Below, piece after piece: positions 54,145 through 63,317 of a stretch of 64,000 bases of DNA. The number at the start of each line of letters is the position of its first letter. Within the stretch, counting starts at the first letter, position 1. The stretch comes from Pseudomonadota bacterium (lineage in GTDB: Bacteria > Myxococcota > JACRCW01 > JAFGSX01), in NCBI GenBank assembly GCA_043821645.1, contig JBDRCO010000118.1:32001-96000 (forward strand). Direction: 5' to 3'. Position numbers and translations under genes: made by a program. The notes below the pieces were generated by a model. The model worked only from the letters and a program-made list of their open reading frames with translations, searched no databases and was not told the origin of the DNA.

Positions 54145-55965
54145 TCAGCCCGCGTCCTCGACGCTGGCGTCCTGTCCCGCTCCCGCATCCGGGGCCTGAT
54201 CTGGAACGCAGGCCGTGCCCGCCCCCCCGGCTGCGCCCAGGCCGACCTCGACGGTGAAGTCTCCCTCGAGTCCGGGGCCGCGACTGTCCACCGCGAAGTA
54301 CACGGTCTGGGTCGAGCCCGTGCTGTTGGTCCAGGTGGTGGTCTCGACCTTGTCGTTCAGGGGATCCGCGCCCTCGGCGTCGGCGCCACCAAAGCAGCAC
54401 CGCGCTGCGCAGTCGTCGACCAGGTACACCAGCAGGTCGTCGCGCATGGTGGCCTTGGCGGTGACCATCTGTCCGTCGGGAACCTGCACCCGGTAGAACA
54501 CGTCGGGCCCGTCGCTGTCGGAGCTGGAGCAGGAGGCCGAACCCGCGGCAAAGCGCACGTCGTCGTAGGCGTTGCGGTTGGTGCCGGCCAGGGGCTCGGC
54601 GCCGGGGCTCAGGTCCACCGCCGTGGCGCAGCTGTCGTTGGCCGGGGGCGTGCCCTTGAGTGCCGCGATGTTGTAGCTCGCGGCCACCGCCTGTTCCCCG
54701 ACGTTCTTGGCCAGGCGCAGGATGTAGCGCGTGGCCACCGCGCTGGTGAAGGTGATGGTGGTGGTGCCGCCATCGACCACGCGACTGCCCACAGCGCCGC
54801 CGCCCTGCAGGCTCAGGTTGACGTCGAGATCAAAACCAGGATGGGCCACCACGACGCGGCTGCTCGGCCCGGGTGTGGCCACAGAGAAGCTGTAATAGTC
54901 CTCGTCGTCGCGACACAGCACGCCGGCCACCAGGCCACTGTCCAGGTCGTGGGCGCTGGCCGCGTCGTTGTTGGGTTCGTGGCCATCGTCGACACAGTAG
55001 CCGCCGGGGTGCAATTCCACGCCCAGCCTGTAGTCGCCGCGCGGACCCGGGTAGCTGAGGTTGCGCACCCGCAGCAGCACCTCGGTGGGCTGGCGGAAGA
55101 TCTCGTGGGTCACTTCCTTGTGCGGCGCGTACTCGCTGCGCTCGCTCAGGGGCGTCGTGGTGTCGGCGTCGGTGAACAGGCCCAGAGCCAGCAGCACCGC
55201 TGCAGGGTCGTGGTCCAGGCTGGCGCGCACCCCGGTGTCGGCGACCACGCTGAAGCCGTACCAGTCATCCTGATCGCAGGCGTGCAGGGCCAGATCGGTC
55301 ACCGGCGGGATGAGGGTGGCGGCGCTCGTCGGCGTGTCGTTGGGCTCCTGGGCGGTGTCGCTGGCGCAGGTGCCGTCGAGGTAAAAGGTGATGACCAGGC
55401 GGTAGGGTCCGCTGTCCGGGGTGTCGTTGTTCACGACGCGCAACACCACGTCCGTGGCCTGTTCCGCACGCTCGATGAACACGGTCTCCAGGGCCGCATC
55501 GCGGGTCGAGCTGTCGACGGGATTGGCGGTGTCGCTGGCCAGGTACAGGTACAGGTCGAGGTCGAGTGCGCCGAACTGCTCGAGACGCACACCCAGCCCG
55601 AAGCCCGCCGGCACGGTGATGGCGTACCAGTCCTCGGCGTCGCAGCTGATGGTGTCGCGCAGGGGACCGGGCGCGGCCAGGGCAAAGGCCTCGCTTGCCT
55701 GCTCGTTGGGCTCGTACACGTCGTCGTCGGGACAGCGCAGCACGTAGGTGTCGGGCTGGGCCTGGTCCCGGGCCCCGGCATCCTGTGCCATGGCATCGGC
55801 TCCGCCGCGATCCAGGCCGCTGTTACCATCGACGCCGGCGCTATCCAGAGGGGCGCCCCCGTCGAGATGATCGGTCCGGGCATCCACGGTGCTGCTCTCG
55901 GGGCAGGCGGCCAGGCTCAGCAACAGCGCCACGGCACATCTCACGTCTCGACGCTGCGTTACCAT
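54145..55965 (-). CDS. lipoprotein with tandem PPC-like domains
   Basis: GGGAGGT RBS, lipobox LAAC. Repeated C.DD..EPN....A...C.D.DWY, DLDLYL, and a P.ND.C..A module. Confidence 0.78.
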   Translation of the reverse strand: MVTQRRDVRCAVALLLSLAACPESSTVDARTDHLDGGAPLDSAGVDGNSGLDRGGADAMAQDAGARDQAQPDTYVLRCPDDDVYEPNEQASEAFALAAPGPLRDTISCDAEDWYAITVPAGFGLGVRLEQFGALDLDLYLYLASDTANPVDSSTRDAALETVFIERAEQATDVVLRVVNNDTPDSGPYRLVITFYLDGTCASDTAQEPNDTPTSAATLIPPVTDLALHACDQDDWYGFSVVADTGVRASLDHDPAAVLLALGLFTDADTTTPLSERSEYAPHKEVTHEIFRQPTEVLLRVRNLSYPGPRGDYRLGVELHPGGYCVDDGHEPNNDAASAHDLDSGLVAGVLCRDDEDYYSFSVATPGPSSRVVVAHPGFDLDVNLSLQGGGAVGSRVVDGGTTTITFTSAVATRYILRLAKNVGEQAVAASYNIAALKGTPPANDSCATAVDLSPGAEPLAGTNRNAYDDVRFAAGSASCSSSDSDGPDVFYRVQVPDGQMVTAKATMRDDLLVYLVDDCAARCCFGGADAEGADPLNDKVETTTWTNSTGSTQTVYFAVDSRGPGLEGDFTVEVGLGAAGGAGTACVPDQAPDAGAGQDASVEDAG

Positions 55966-56032
55966 GCTACCTCCCTTGCCGAGGCCACCATCGCACGCCA
56001 GCGACGAGGAGCTGCTGGCCGCGCGGTGCCAC

Positions 56033-59000
56033 TCAGGGCAGATGATACAGAAGGCGCGCCTCGACGTAATCCACCGAGAGGGTCGCGCCATCCACCCCGT
56101 TCTGTGCCTCGGGCACGAAGCCAAAACGCAGGGTTCCCGGTCGGGCGGCATACGAGGTCATGGCCTCGTCGGCCAGGAAGTCGATGTCCTGCCCCGGCGC
56201 CACCTGCTGCAAGGAGTACCAGTCGCTGTCTATCCAGGAATAGGCGGTGACCGAGGCGGCCGAGCCATCGGGGTGAGCGCCCCGGACGACGGCGCGCAGC
56301 CGGAGCCCATCGAAGATCACATTGGCCGGCAGCTGGCTCGCGGGCAGCGCGATGTCAAAGGTCGCAGCGGGTCGGCCGTGATCTGTCCACACCCATTCCC
56401 ACTGGCTGCCGTCGCTGGTGTGGTCGGTGCCAAGAAACACGACGAGCCTGTCTCGCTCGACGTCATAGCTCGCCAGGATGCGACCGCTCTTCTTCGCGGT
56501 GTGCGGGACACCGTCGCCGAAGAGATCGATGGTTCGCTCGTCGAGCAAGCGCCACGTGCTGCCGTCCCAGGCCCAGAGCACCTCACCGTTGGCTGCATTG
56601 GCGACGAGCATCAGGCGATGGTGCGCCTCATCCCATGCCAGGGCGTGCCCTGACATGGGTGGCGGCCAGGGATCTCCTTTATCGACCATCTCCCATTTCG
56701 ATCCTTCCCAGGTCCACATGTCGCTCAGGCTCGTGGCCTGGATTTCGAAGCTGTCCAGCCCACCGAACACGACCACCCGTCTGCCGTCCCAGCCCAGGGC
56801 GTGATCCCGCCGCGGCGTCAGGCCCTCGCCGGCCTCGAAGGTATCCCAGCCTCCGGCGCCCCGGGTCCAGGTGGTGGCGCTGACCGTGATGGAGCCCGGG
56901 ACCGGTTCCTCGATGCCCCCGAAGGCCAGCAACGTGTCGTGACCGGGATCGAAGGCCAGGGCCTGGCCGCCGCGCGCTGTGGCCGGCATCTGATCGTCAT
57001 TCCACGTGGTGCCGTCAAAGGCGTACAGCTTGGGTCCCTGGTTCAGGATCATCTGGCTGCGTTCGGCGTCGTAGGCCATCTGCATGGAGCCGCTGGAGTC
57101 AGGTCCTTGCAGCAGCTTGCGCCAGCTCAGGCCATCGAACTCCCAGGTCACCGCCTCCAGACCCGCCGTTGAATCCTTGCCCTGGCTCAGCACCGTGCGC
57201 TGCGTCGTGCTGTTGTAGGCCATGACCGCAGGAGTTTGGTGAAAATCGGGCTGGCCATCGCCCTCCGGGTCATCGGGAATCGGAGGGCGTCGTTCCCAGC
57301 CATTGCTCCCCAGGCTCCACAGCTCGTGGTCGGCATAGGCCAGGCCTTGCTGGGCCATGGTGTGGTAGACCACGCCGACCGGTGCAGTGGGCAAGATGGG
57401 CGCGGGACCGGGAAAGGGTCCGAGCCAGTCCACTCCGTCGTAGGCCCAGAAGTCGCTGAGCGGACCCGAGGCATCCCGACCACCGTGCAGGATCACGGAC
57501 GACGGCGGCAAGAAGGACATGCGATGCCCCTGCCGCGGTGCGGGCGCATGAACCGTGGTGCGAGTGACCCATGCACCGCCCGTGAAGACCCAGGTGTCGC
57601 CGAGGAGCTGTGGCGTTGCCTGGGTACAGGCCGACCGGCAGCCACCGAAGAGCACCACCTCGAAGCGCTCGGGGATGTAGGCCATGGCTGACCCCGCGCG
57701 CGGAGACGGCGACACGGTGACGTTCACCCTCTCCCAGCCAGCGTTACGAAGACGCCACAGGTCGCCCAGGGTGCCCGAGGTCTGGCCCCCGAACAGCAAC
57801 ACGCCACCGCTCGCGCCGTCGTAGCTGGTGGCAAAGTCGCGGCGCGCCGGTGTGACTTGCGCGTCGGGGCTCTCGTTGGACCAGCTGTTGCCGTTCCAAG
57901 CCCAGGTCCGCATGGGCGTGCTGGCCTGGATCAGTAACACGCGGCTCGAGCGCCCATCGTAGACCAGACTGTCGTCAGGCCCCACCAGGGGCGAGCCGTC
58001 GTATTCGGGATCGTCGACGACGGCCGGGGTCCAGTGGAAGCCGTTCCAGTTCCAGAACACCGAGATCCCACCGGACTTGACCCCGGCCAGAAACACCGGA
58101 CCGCGCCCCGGGTCGTCGACCAGGTGGTAGCCCACGAGCGCGTTGAGCCGGTAGGTCGAATCGACCTTGAGCCAGGCACCGGCGGCGCCCTGGGCCTCTG
58201 CCATCACGCCGTCGGGCAGTGCCAGGGGCGCGCCGCTGATCTCCATGACGCCACTATAGGGCCCGGTGTTGGCCTGCAGCGGCGTCGAGAAGTGACGTCG
58301 CGTGCGAAAGACATGCGGGTTCAACTGCACGCTTCCTGCCACCTTGCGTCCCATGGTCGCGACCCACTCGCCGGCATCGACCCGATGCGACGCCGACAGG
58401 TTGCCGGCGCTGTCGGTGACGGCCACGTACACCTCCACGCGGTCCGCCGGGTTGAGGTTGAAGCGCGCGATGCTGCCGTCGGGCATGACGAACTGGCGGC
58501 CCAGCTCCAGCCGCGGTGGCGCAGGCGCATCGAAGACGATCACCGCCCCGCCGTCGGTGTTCGCATCCAGGGTGACGTGCCCACCCAGGCGTAGCGCCGG
58601 GTCGCCCACGCTCTCCTCGGCTCCCCAGGGCATGCGCGACAGCACCAGCCCGTCGACACTGACCACCGGGGGAGTCTTGTCAACCACCAGGGCATAGGGC
58701 AGGTCGAGGAGCACCGTGTTTCGGTTGTCGACCTCGTCGACCAGCTCGGCCTCGACCGCATAGCTGCCGTCTGGCGCAGTCGTGATGGTCGCGCCATACA
58801 GGTAGAACACGCTGCTGCCGCCAAGCTGGGTAAACTCACCGTCGGCCACCCCGACCAATGCGACCCGGGGGGCCTGGGCCAGGGGCTCGCTCACTGCAAA
58901 GCTCACATGCACGTCGGTACCCGAGGTCGCGCGTGCCACCGTGCGCAGCACATTGCTGGTCGCGGGCAGCAGCTGCAGGTTCACGGTTCCGGCGACCACC

Positions 59001-60421
59001 ACCGGCGGCGAGAAGTCGAGCTCGACGCTGCGCGAGGCAAAAGCCTGGTTGCCCGCGGCATCTTCCACCGCCACGGTCACGGTGGCAGCACCCTCGAGGT
59101 CGCTGCTGTCGACCAGGTAGTCGCAGTGAAAGGTGATCAGCGAGGCGTCCAGAGCCTGGCAGCTGGCCACCCGGGTCCCCAGCTCCGCACTCAGGCTGGC
59201 CGCTGGCTCCGACACCTCGATGTCGATCTGGATCTGATCGAAACCTGGCTGCATGCTGACCCGGGACGGGCTCACCGCCAGGGACACGAAGGCCGGGGCG
59301 GACCTATCGATGATCACCGAGGCGGTCGCGGGACGAACGGTGGTGTTCCCTGCCAGATCGGTGAGCCTCACCGCCGCGAGTTCGAAGCGTCCCTCGGGCG
59401 AGGAGGCATCCACGGTGAGGGAGAACACGCTGCTCGCCCCCGAGCTGGAGAGCAGAGTCAGCCCGGGATCGCCACCCTGTCCCCAGGTCAGCTCTGGCGC
59501 CCGCTGCAGACCCTCGTCGGCCTCGACGTGCAACGTGACGCTGCCGCCGCGACGCACCACCGCGATCTCGAACTCGGCGCGCACCAGGCCGGGGCCAGTA
59601 AAGTCGAGCACCACCCCCTGCTCGCTGGGTGTGTCGAGGGAATTGCCAGCCACGTCCAGGGCGTGCACCCGAACCCGATACAGACCCTCGGGCTCGCTGC
59701 CGTCGACGGTGTAGTCGAAGCCGTAGGTGTTGAGATCGGGCTGATCCCCCTCGACCAGGGGCCGTTCCACGCTCGGGTTGTCGTCGAGAACCAGCATCAG
59801 AGCGGGGGACTGCCGCAGCGCTTCGCTGAAGCCCAGCTGTACGTGCACGGCGGTACCGGTCGAGGCTCGCGCCGGGTTCACCAGTACCGGCCCGGACAGG
59901 CGTGGCGAGGTGAAATCGAAGACCAGGGTGCCGGCAGCGATGCCCTGCACGGCGTTGCCCGAGGTGTCGACCAGGTCCACGCTCAGGGCGCACGGGCCGT
60001 CGCCCTCGCTGCCCAGGGCGAGGTGGGCAAAGCGGTAATGGCGCCCGGCGCGGTCCGTCGCGCTCTCGTCGACGAGCAGCGGGATCTCGTGGTTGTCGGT
60101 CGTGGTGCAGCGTACTGCGGGATCCGCACCCAAGTGCTCGCTCACCACGATGTCCACCCTGAACACCGTGCCGGCCCTGCCCACGTTCGGTTCCACCACG
60201 GGCACCCCTGCGAGGGTGGGGGGGGTGCTGTCCAAACCCTCCCGCGGCAAACAGCGCGAGAGCGCAGTCCTGCACGTGTGTGTGGGCGGGCAATCCGCCT
60301 CGGTCTGGCACACGATGTCCGCCTCGGCCGGCGCCGACGTGTCCATGGTGCAGGCGCCACTGAGCCCCCAGACCACCGCGGCAGGTCCGGCGAGGATTCG
60401 TGCACAGCGGGTAAAAATCAT
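56033..60421 (-). CDS. large lipoprotein with Ig-like repeats and Kelch beta-propellers
   Basis: Lipobox LSGAC. Repeated D.T.P ... D.AGN Ig-like units. Kelch blades LLFGG...DLW/DTW. C-terminus paralogous to 1..1155. Confidence 0.82.
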   Translation of the reverse strand: MIFTRCARILAGPAAVVWGLSGACTMDTSAPAEADIVCQTEADCPPTHTCRTALSRCLPREGLDSTPPTLAGVPVVEPNVGRAGTVFRVDIVVSEHLGADPAVRCTTTDNHEIPLLVDESATDRAGRHYRFAHLALGSEGDGPCALSVDLVDTSGNAVQGIAAGTLVFDFTSPRLSGPVLVNPARASTGTAVHVQLGFSEALRQSPALMLVLDDNPSVERPLVEGDQPDLNTYGFDYTVDGSEPEGLYRVRVHALDVAGNSLDTPSEQGVVLDFTGPGLVRAEFEIAVVRRGGSVTLHVEADEGLQRAPELTWGQGGDPGLTLLSSSGASSVFSLTVDASSPEGRFELAAVRLTDLAGNTTVRPATASVIIDRSAPAFVSLAVSPSRVSMQPGFDQIQIDIEVSEPAASLSAELGTRVASCQALDASLITFHCDYLVDSSDLEGAATVTVAVEDAAGNQAFASRSVELDFSPPVVVAGTVNLQLLPATSNVLRTVARATSGTDVHVSFAVSEPLAQAPRVALVGVADGEFTQLGGSSVFYLYGATITTAPDGSYAVEAELVDEVDNRNTVLLDLPYALVVDKTPPVVSVDGLVLSRMPWGAEESVGDPALRLGGHVTLDANTDGGAVIVFDAPAPPRLELGRQFVMPDGSIARFNLNPADRVEVYVAVTDSAGNLSASHRVDAGEWVATMGRKVAGSVQLNPHVFRTRRHFSTPLQANTGPYSGVMEISGAPLALPDGVMAEAQGAAGAWLKVDSTYRLNALVGYHLVDDPGRGPVFLAGVKSGGISVFWNWNGFHWTPAVVDDPEYDGSPLVGPDDSLVYDGRSSRVLLIQASTPMRTWAWNGNSWSNESPDAQVTPARRDFATSYDGASGGVLLFGGQTSGTLGDLWRLRNAGWERVNVTVSPSPRAGSAMAYIPERFEVVLFGGCRSACTQATPQLLGDTWVFTGGAWVTRTTVHAPAPRQGHRMSFLPPSSVILHGGRDASGPLSDFWAYDGVDWLGPFPGPAPILPTAPVGVVYHTMAQQGLAYADHELWSLGSNGWERRPPIPDDPEGDGQPDFHQTPAVMAYNSTTQRTVLSQGKDSTAGLEAVTWEFDGLSWRKLLQGPDSSGSMQMAYDAERSQMILNQGPKLYAFDGTTWNDDQMPATARGGQALAFDPGHDTLLAFGGIEEPVPGSITVSATTWTRGAGGWDTFEAGEGLTPRRDHALGWDGRRVVVFGGLDSFEIQATSLSDMWTWEGSKWEMVDKGDPWPPPMSGHALAWDEAHHRLMLVANAANGEVLWAWDGSTWRLLDERTIDLFGDGVPHTAKKSGRILASYDVERDRLVVFLGTDHTSDGSQWEWVWTDHGRPAATFDIALPASQLPANVIFDGLRLRAVVRGAHPDGSAASVTAYSWIDSDWYSLQQVAPGQDIDFLADEAMTSYAARPGTLRFGFVPEAQNGVDGATLSVDYVEARLLYHLP

Positions 60422-60478
60422 GCCTGCAGAATATCAGAACAAGGTGGTCGACGCAGCCTCGCAGCAGACCCGCGGGTG

Positions 60479-61216
60479 CTAGTTCCACACCAGCTTGACC
60501 GCCATGGCCACCACCGCCACCGCGAACACCGCGCGCACGATCTTCTCGCCCCGCGCGATCTGCAACCTCGTCGCCAGCACCGCGCCCAGAGCCGTCCCCA
60601 CGGCGAGCATGGCTCCCGCCAGCCACTGCACCTGTCCTTGCCAGGCAAACACGGCCAGCGACGGGATCATGTACACGCCGACGACGAAGACCTTGTGCAT
60701 GTTGACGCGAACCAGGTCGAGGCGCAGCAGACCGCGCAGGATGGGCATGAGGATGAAGCCCACGCCAGCCTGCACGAAGCCGCCATAGAAACCAACGCCT
60801 ACCATTGCCAGATGGGCCAGGCCGGGTCGCGTGCCGCCCTCCCCCGTCGCCACGGCACTCCGCGGTCGCATCATGTCGATGAGCACCGCGATCATGATCC
60901 CGGCCAGCAGGCGCTTGAACCACAGCGGGTCGAAGCGCACCGCCGCGTACGCGCCCAGGGCCGCGCCCGGGATGGTGCACGCCGCCAGACCCAGGCTCAG
61001 CTTGAAGTCAGCGAAGCCATGGCGACGGAATTCGGTGATGGCGGTGGCGTTCTGCACCAGCAACGCGATGCGGTTGGTGCCATTGGCCAGGGCCGGATCC
61101 ATGCCCAGGAAGATCAGCGCCGGCATGCTCAAGAGCGAGCCGCCACCTGCCATGACATTGAGAAAGCCGACGACCACACCCAGGACGACGAGCAGGGGAT
61201 AGTGCCAGGTTTCCAC
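60479..61216 (-). CDS. sulfite exporter TauE/SafE family membrane protein
   Basis: GFLNVMAGGGSLL..P.L, ANGTNR, GFYGGF.QAG.G; about 8 TM segments. Confidence 0.9.
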   Translation of the reverse strand: METWHYPLLVVLGVVVGFLNVMAGGGSLLSMPALIFLGMDPALANGTNRIALLVQNATAITEFRRHGFADFKLSLGLAACTIPGAALGAYAAVRFDPLWFKRLLAGIMIAVLIDMMRPRSAVATGEGGTRPGLAHLAMVGVGFYGGFVQAGVGFILMPILRGLLRLDLVRVNMHKVFVVGVYMIPSLAVFAWQGQVQWLAGAMLAVGTALGAVLATRLQIARGEKIVRAVFAVAVVAMAVKLVWN

Positions 61217-61315
61217 GCGCGGCTCCGTGCCCCCGCCGGTTGGCCCGGTCTGTTCGCGCTCCAGCTCCGTCGACGGACAGCCTGTACTCTGACGCCCGCC
61301 CAGCCCCCGATGCGC

Positions 61316-63196
61316 TCACTGGCAGGGGATCAAGCACCCTTTGAACTTGCCCGTGGGCGCGCCGCAGATGTCCCCGGCCTGGCAGTCGCCGTCAACGCTG
61401 CAATCGTCCTGCTGCGGCTCCAGCAGCGACATCGGCCAGCAGCCCTCGCGACCACCGACCAGCGGCGTGCACGTGTACCCAAAGAAGCCGCCCGGACAGG
61501 CAGCGCAGGTATTGTTGTAGTGGCAGTAGGGCTCGAGCGCGGTGCAATCTTGCTCGTTACGACACTCGACGCAGAGGCCATTGACGCACCAGTCCGCCGT
61601 CGGGCTGGTGCAGTGGGCGTCGTCGGTGCAGGCCACACAGCGCTGGCTGCTCGAGCAGTGCGGCGTGCTGCCACCGCAGAAGCTGGAGTCCGTGCACTGC
61701 ACGCAGGTGTGGGAAGTCAGGTCGCAAGCCGGCGTGGCGCCGCCGCAATGGGTGTTGCTCGTGCACTGCACGCAGGTGCCGGTGGCGGTGTCGCAGCCCG
61801 CCGTCGGCGACGAGCAATGGCTGTTGAGCAGGCACTCGACGCAATGGGGCGGATCGAGCTGGGTGGCGCAGTGCGGGATGCCCCAGTCCGCAGGGCAGTC
61901 GCTGGCCGTGCCGCAACCTATCTGAGCCCCGGCGTCGGCGCAGGTGAGGGCGCCGAACAGACCATTGCCCAGCACCTCGCCGGGCACGCAGCAGAAGGTC
62001 GAGGGCAGCAAGCTGATGCCACTGCTGGTGCCGCAGAACTCGCCCGTGCCGCAGCAGCGCGCGGCGGGCGTGGCGTCGCAGGGGCGGGTGTCCAGGCAGG
62101 CCTTGCTCTGAAAGTCCACGGTGACGCAGCTGAAGGGCGCGCCGCAGCTCGCCTCGCAGGCGCCCAGGCGGCCTGTGCTCGAGTAGCCGTCGCACAGACG
62201 GTTCTGCTGACAGCTGCCGTCGACACAGATGCCACTGGAGCAGGTGCCACAGCTCTCGCCACACAGTGGGTCGGGTCCGCACACGCGGTTGCCGCACTCC
62301 TTCACGCACACGCACTGCCCGGTGCCGTCGCAGGTCCCGTTGTCGCAGCTGCCGCAGCTCTGACCGCACACGGGATCCGGACCGCAGGCGCGACCTCCGC
62401 AGTCAGGCGAGCAGGGCACGCACTCGCCGTCGACGGTACAGCGGTCTGTCCCTGTGCAGTCACCGCAGCTGATGTTGCACACGGGGTCGGCGCCGCACTG
62501 GCGACCGCTGCAGTCTGGCGTGCAGTTGGTGACACACTGGCCTGTCAGATCGCAGCTGCCGGTCGAGCAGGTGCCACAGCTCTCTCCACACGCGGGGTCC
62601 GGACCGCATACGCGGTTGCCGCAGACCGGCGAGCAGCCCGTACCGCAGCCGCTGGTGTCGATGGACAGGCAGTCGCTAGCGCAGCTCAGGGTCCCGCTCT
62701 CCAGACCCAGCGTGCTGCAGCGCAGGCCGCCGAAGTCCTGACCGTCGCACACCTCGACGCCCGCGCGGTCGTTGTCGCCACAGCCCGGAGGTGGGCCGCA
62801 GGCGCGGGTATCGAAACCCGCGCAGTTGGCCAGGCAGCTCAGGCTGCCGGCGCCATAGCCCAGAGCCTCGCAGCTCGCGGTGCCCAGGTCCCCACCGTCG
62901 CACAGCTCGACGCCATCGCGGGTGCCGTCGCCACAACCCGCCGGCGCGCCGCAGCCCGAGCGGTCGAAGTCTCCACAGTTGCTCTGGCAGCGCAGCAGAC
63001 CGGCGCCAAAGCCCAGCCCCAGGCAGCTCTGCGCATCGAGGTCGCTGCCATCGCAGACCTCGCGTTTCTGCTTGTTGTTGTCGCCGCACACAGCCTTGGT
63101 GGGTGTGGTCGGCGTGGGTCCGGCAGGCACGGGAGGGCAGCCAAGGCTGCCGACGATGACGACGGAAAAAAAGAGCCCCATCCAGCGAAATTGCAT
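61316..63196 (-). CDS. Cys-rich repeat lipoprotein made of three successive repeat types
   Basis: Lipobox SLGC. 3x CGD.....E.CDG.D....C..LG...G.L.C...C...D...C, 4x C...C..R.CG.DP.C..SCG.C, and 5-6x TP.C......CV.C....HC. Confidence 0.8.
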   Translation of the reverse strand: MQFRWMGLFFSVVIVGSLGCPPVPAGPTPTTPTKAVCGDNNKQKREVCDGSDLDAQSCLGLGFGAGLLRCQSNCGDFDRSGCGAPAGCGDGTRDGVELCDGGDLGTASCEALGYGAGSLSCLANCAGFDTRACGPPPGCGDNDRAGVEVCDGQDFGGLRCSTLGLESGTLSCASDCLSIDTSGCGTGCSPVCGNRVCGPDPACGESCGTCSTGSCDLTGQCVTNCTPDCSGRQCGADPVCNISCGDCTGTDRCTVDGECVPCSPDCGGRACGPDPVCGQSCGSCDNGTCDGTGQCVCVKECGNRVCGPDPLCGESCGTCSSGICVDGSCQQNRLCDGYSSTGRLGACEASCGAPFSCVTVDFQSKACLDTRPCDATPAARCCGTGEFCGTSSGISLLPSTFCCVPGEVLGNGLFGALTCADAGAQIGCGTASDCPADWGIPHCATQLDPPHCVECLLNSHCSSPTAGCDTATGTCVQCTSNTHCGGATPACDLTSHTCVQCTDSSFCGGSTPHCSSSQRCVACTDDAHCTSPTADWCVNGLCVECRNEQDCTALEPYCHYNNTCAACPGGFFGYTCTPLVGGREGCWPMSLLEPQQDDCSVDGDCQAGDICGAPTGKFKGCLIPCQ

Positions 63197-63317
63197 GATG
63201 ACCTTCCCACGGAGTGCCGCGCCCGGACATTCTAGCGCCTGGGAACGGCCTGTCCCAGCGCCCCCTTTTACATCAGGACGCCGCCCGCTATCTTGAGTCG
63301 CAGCCACAGGAGGATGC

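Noticed and set aside
61316-63196. CRISPR-like periodicity in the repeat-rich stretches (also 3685-4878)
   Set aside because: The repeats are in-frame, degenerate at third positions and encode protein repeats. There are no identical direct repeats with unique spacers and no cas genes.
53146-63235. Plus-strand ORFs of 1034 aa (53146..56250) and 1442 aa (58907..63235)
   Set aside because: They are antisense to well-supported minus-strand genes and span several of them. No domain signal.
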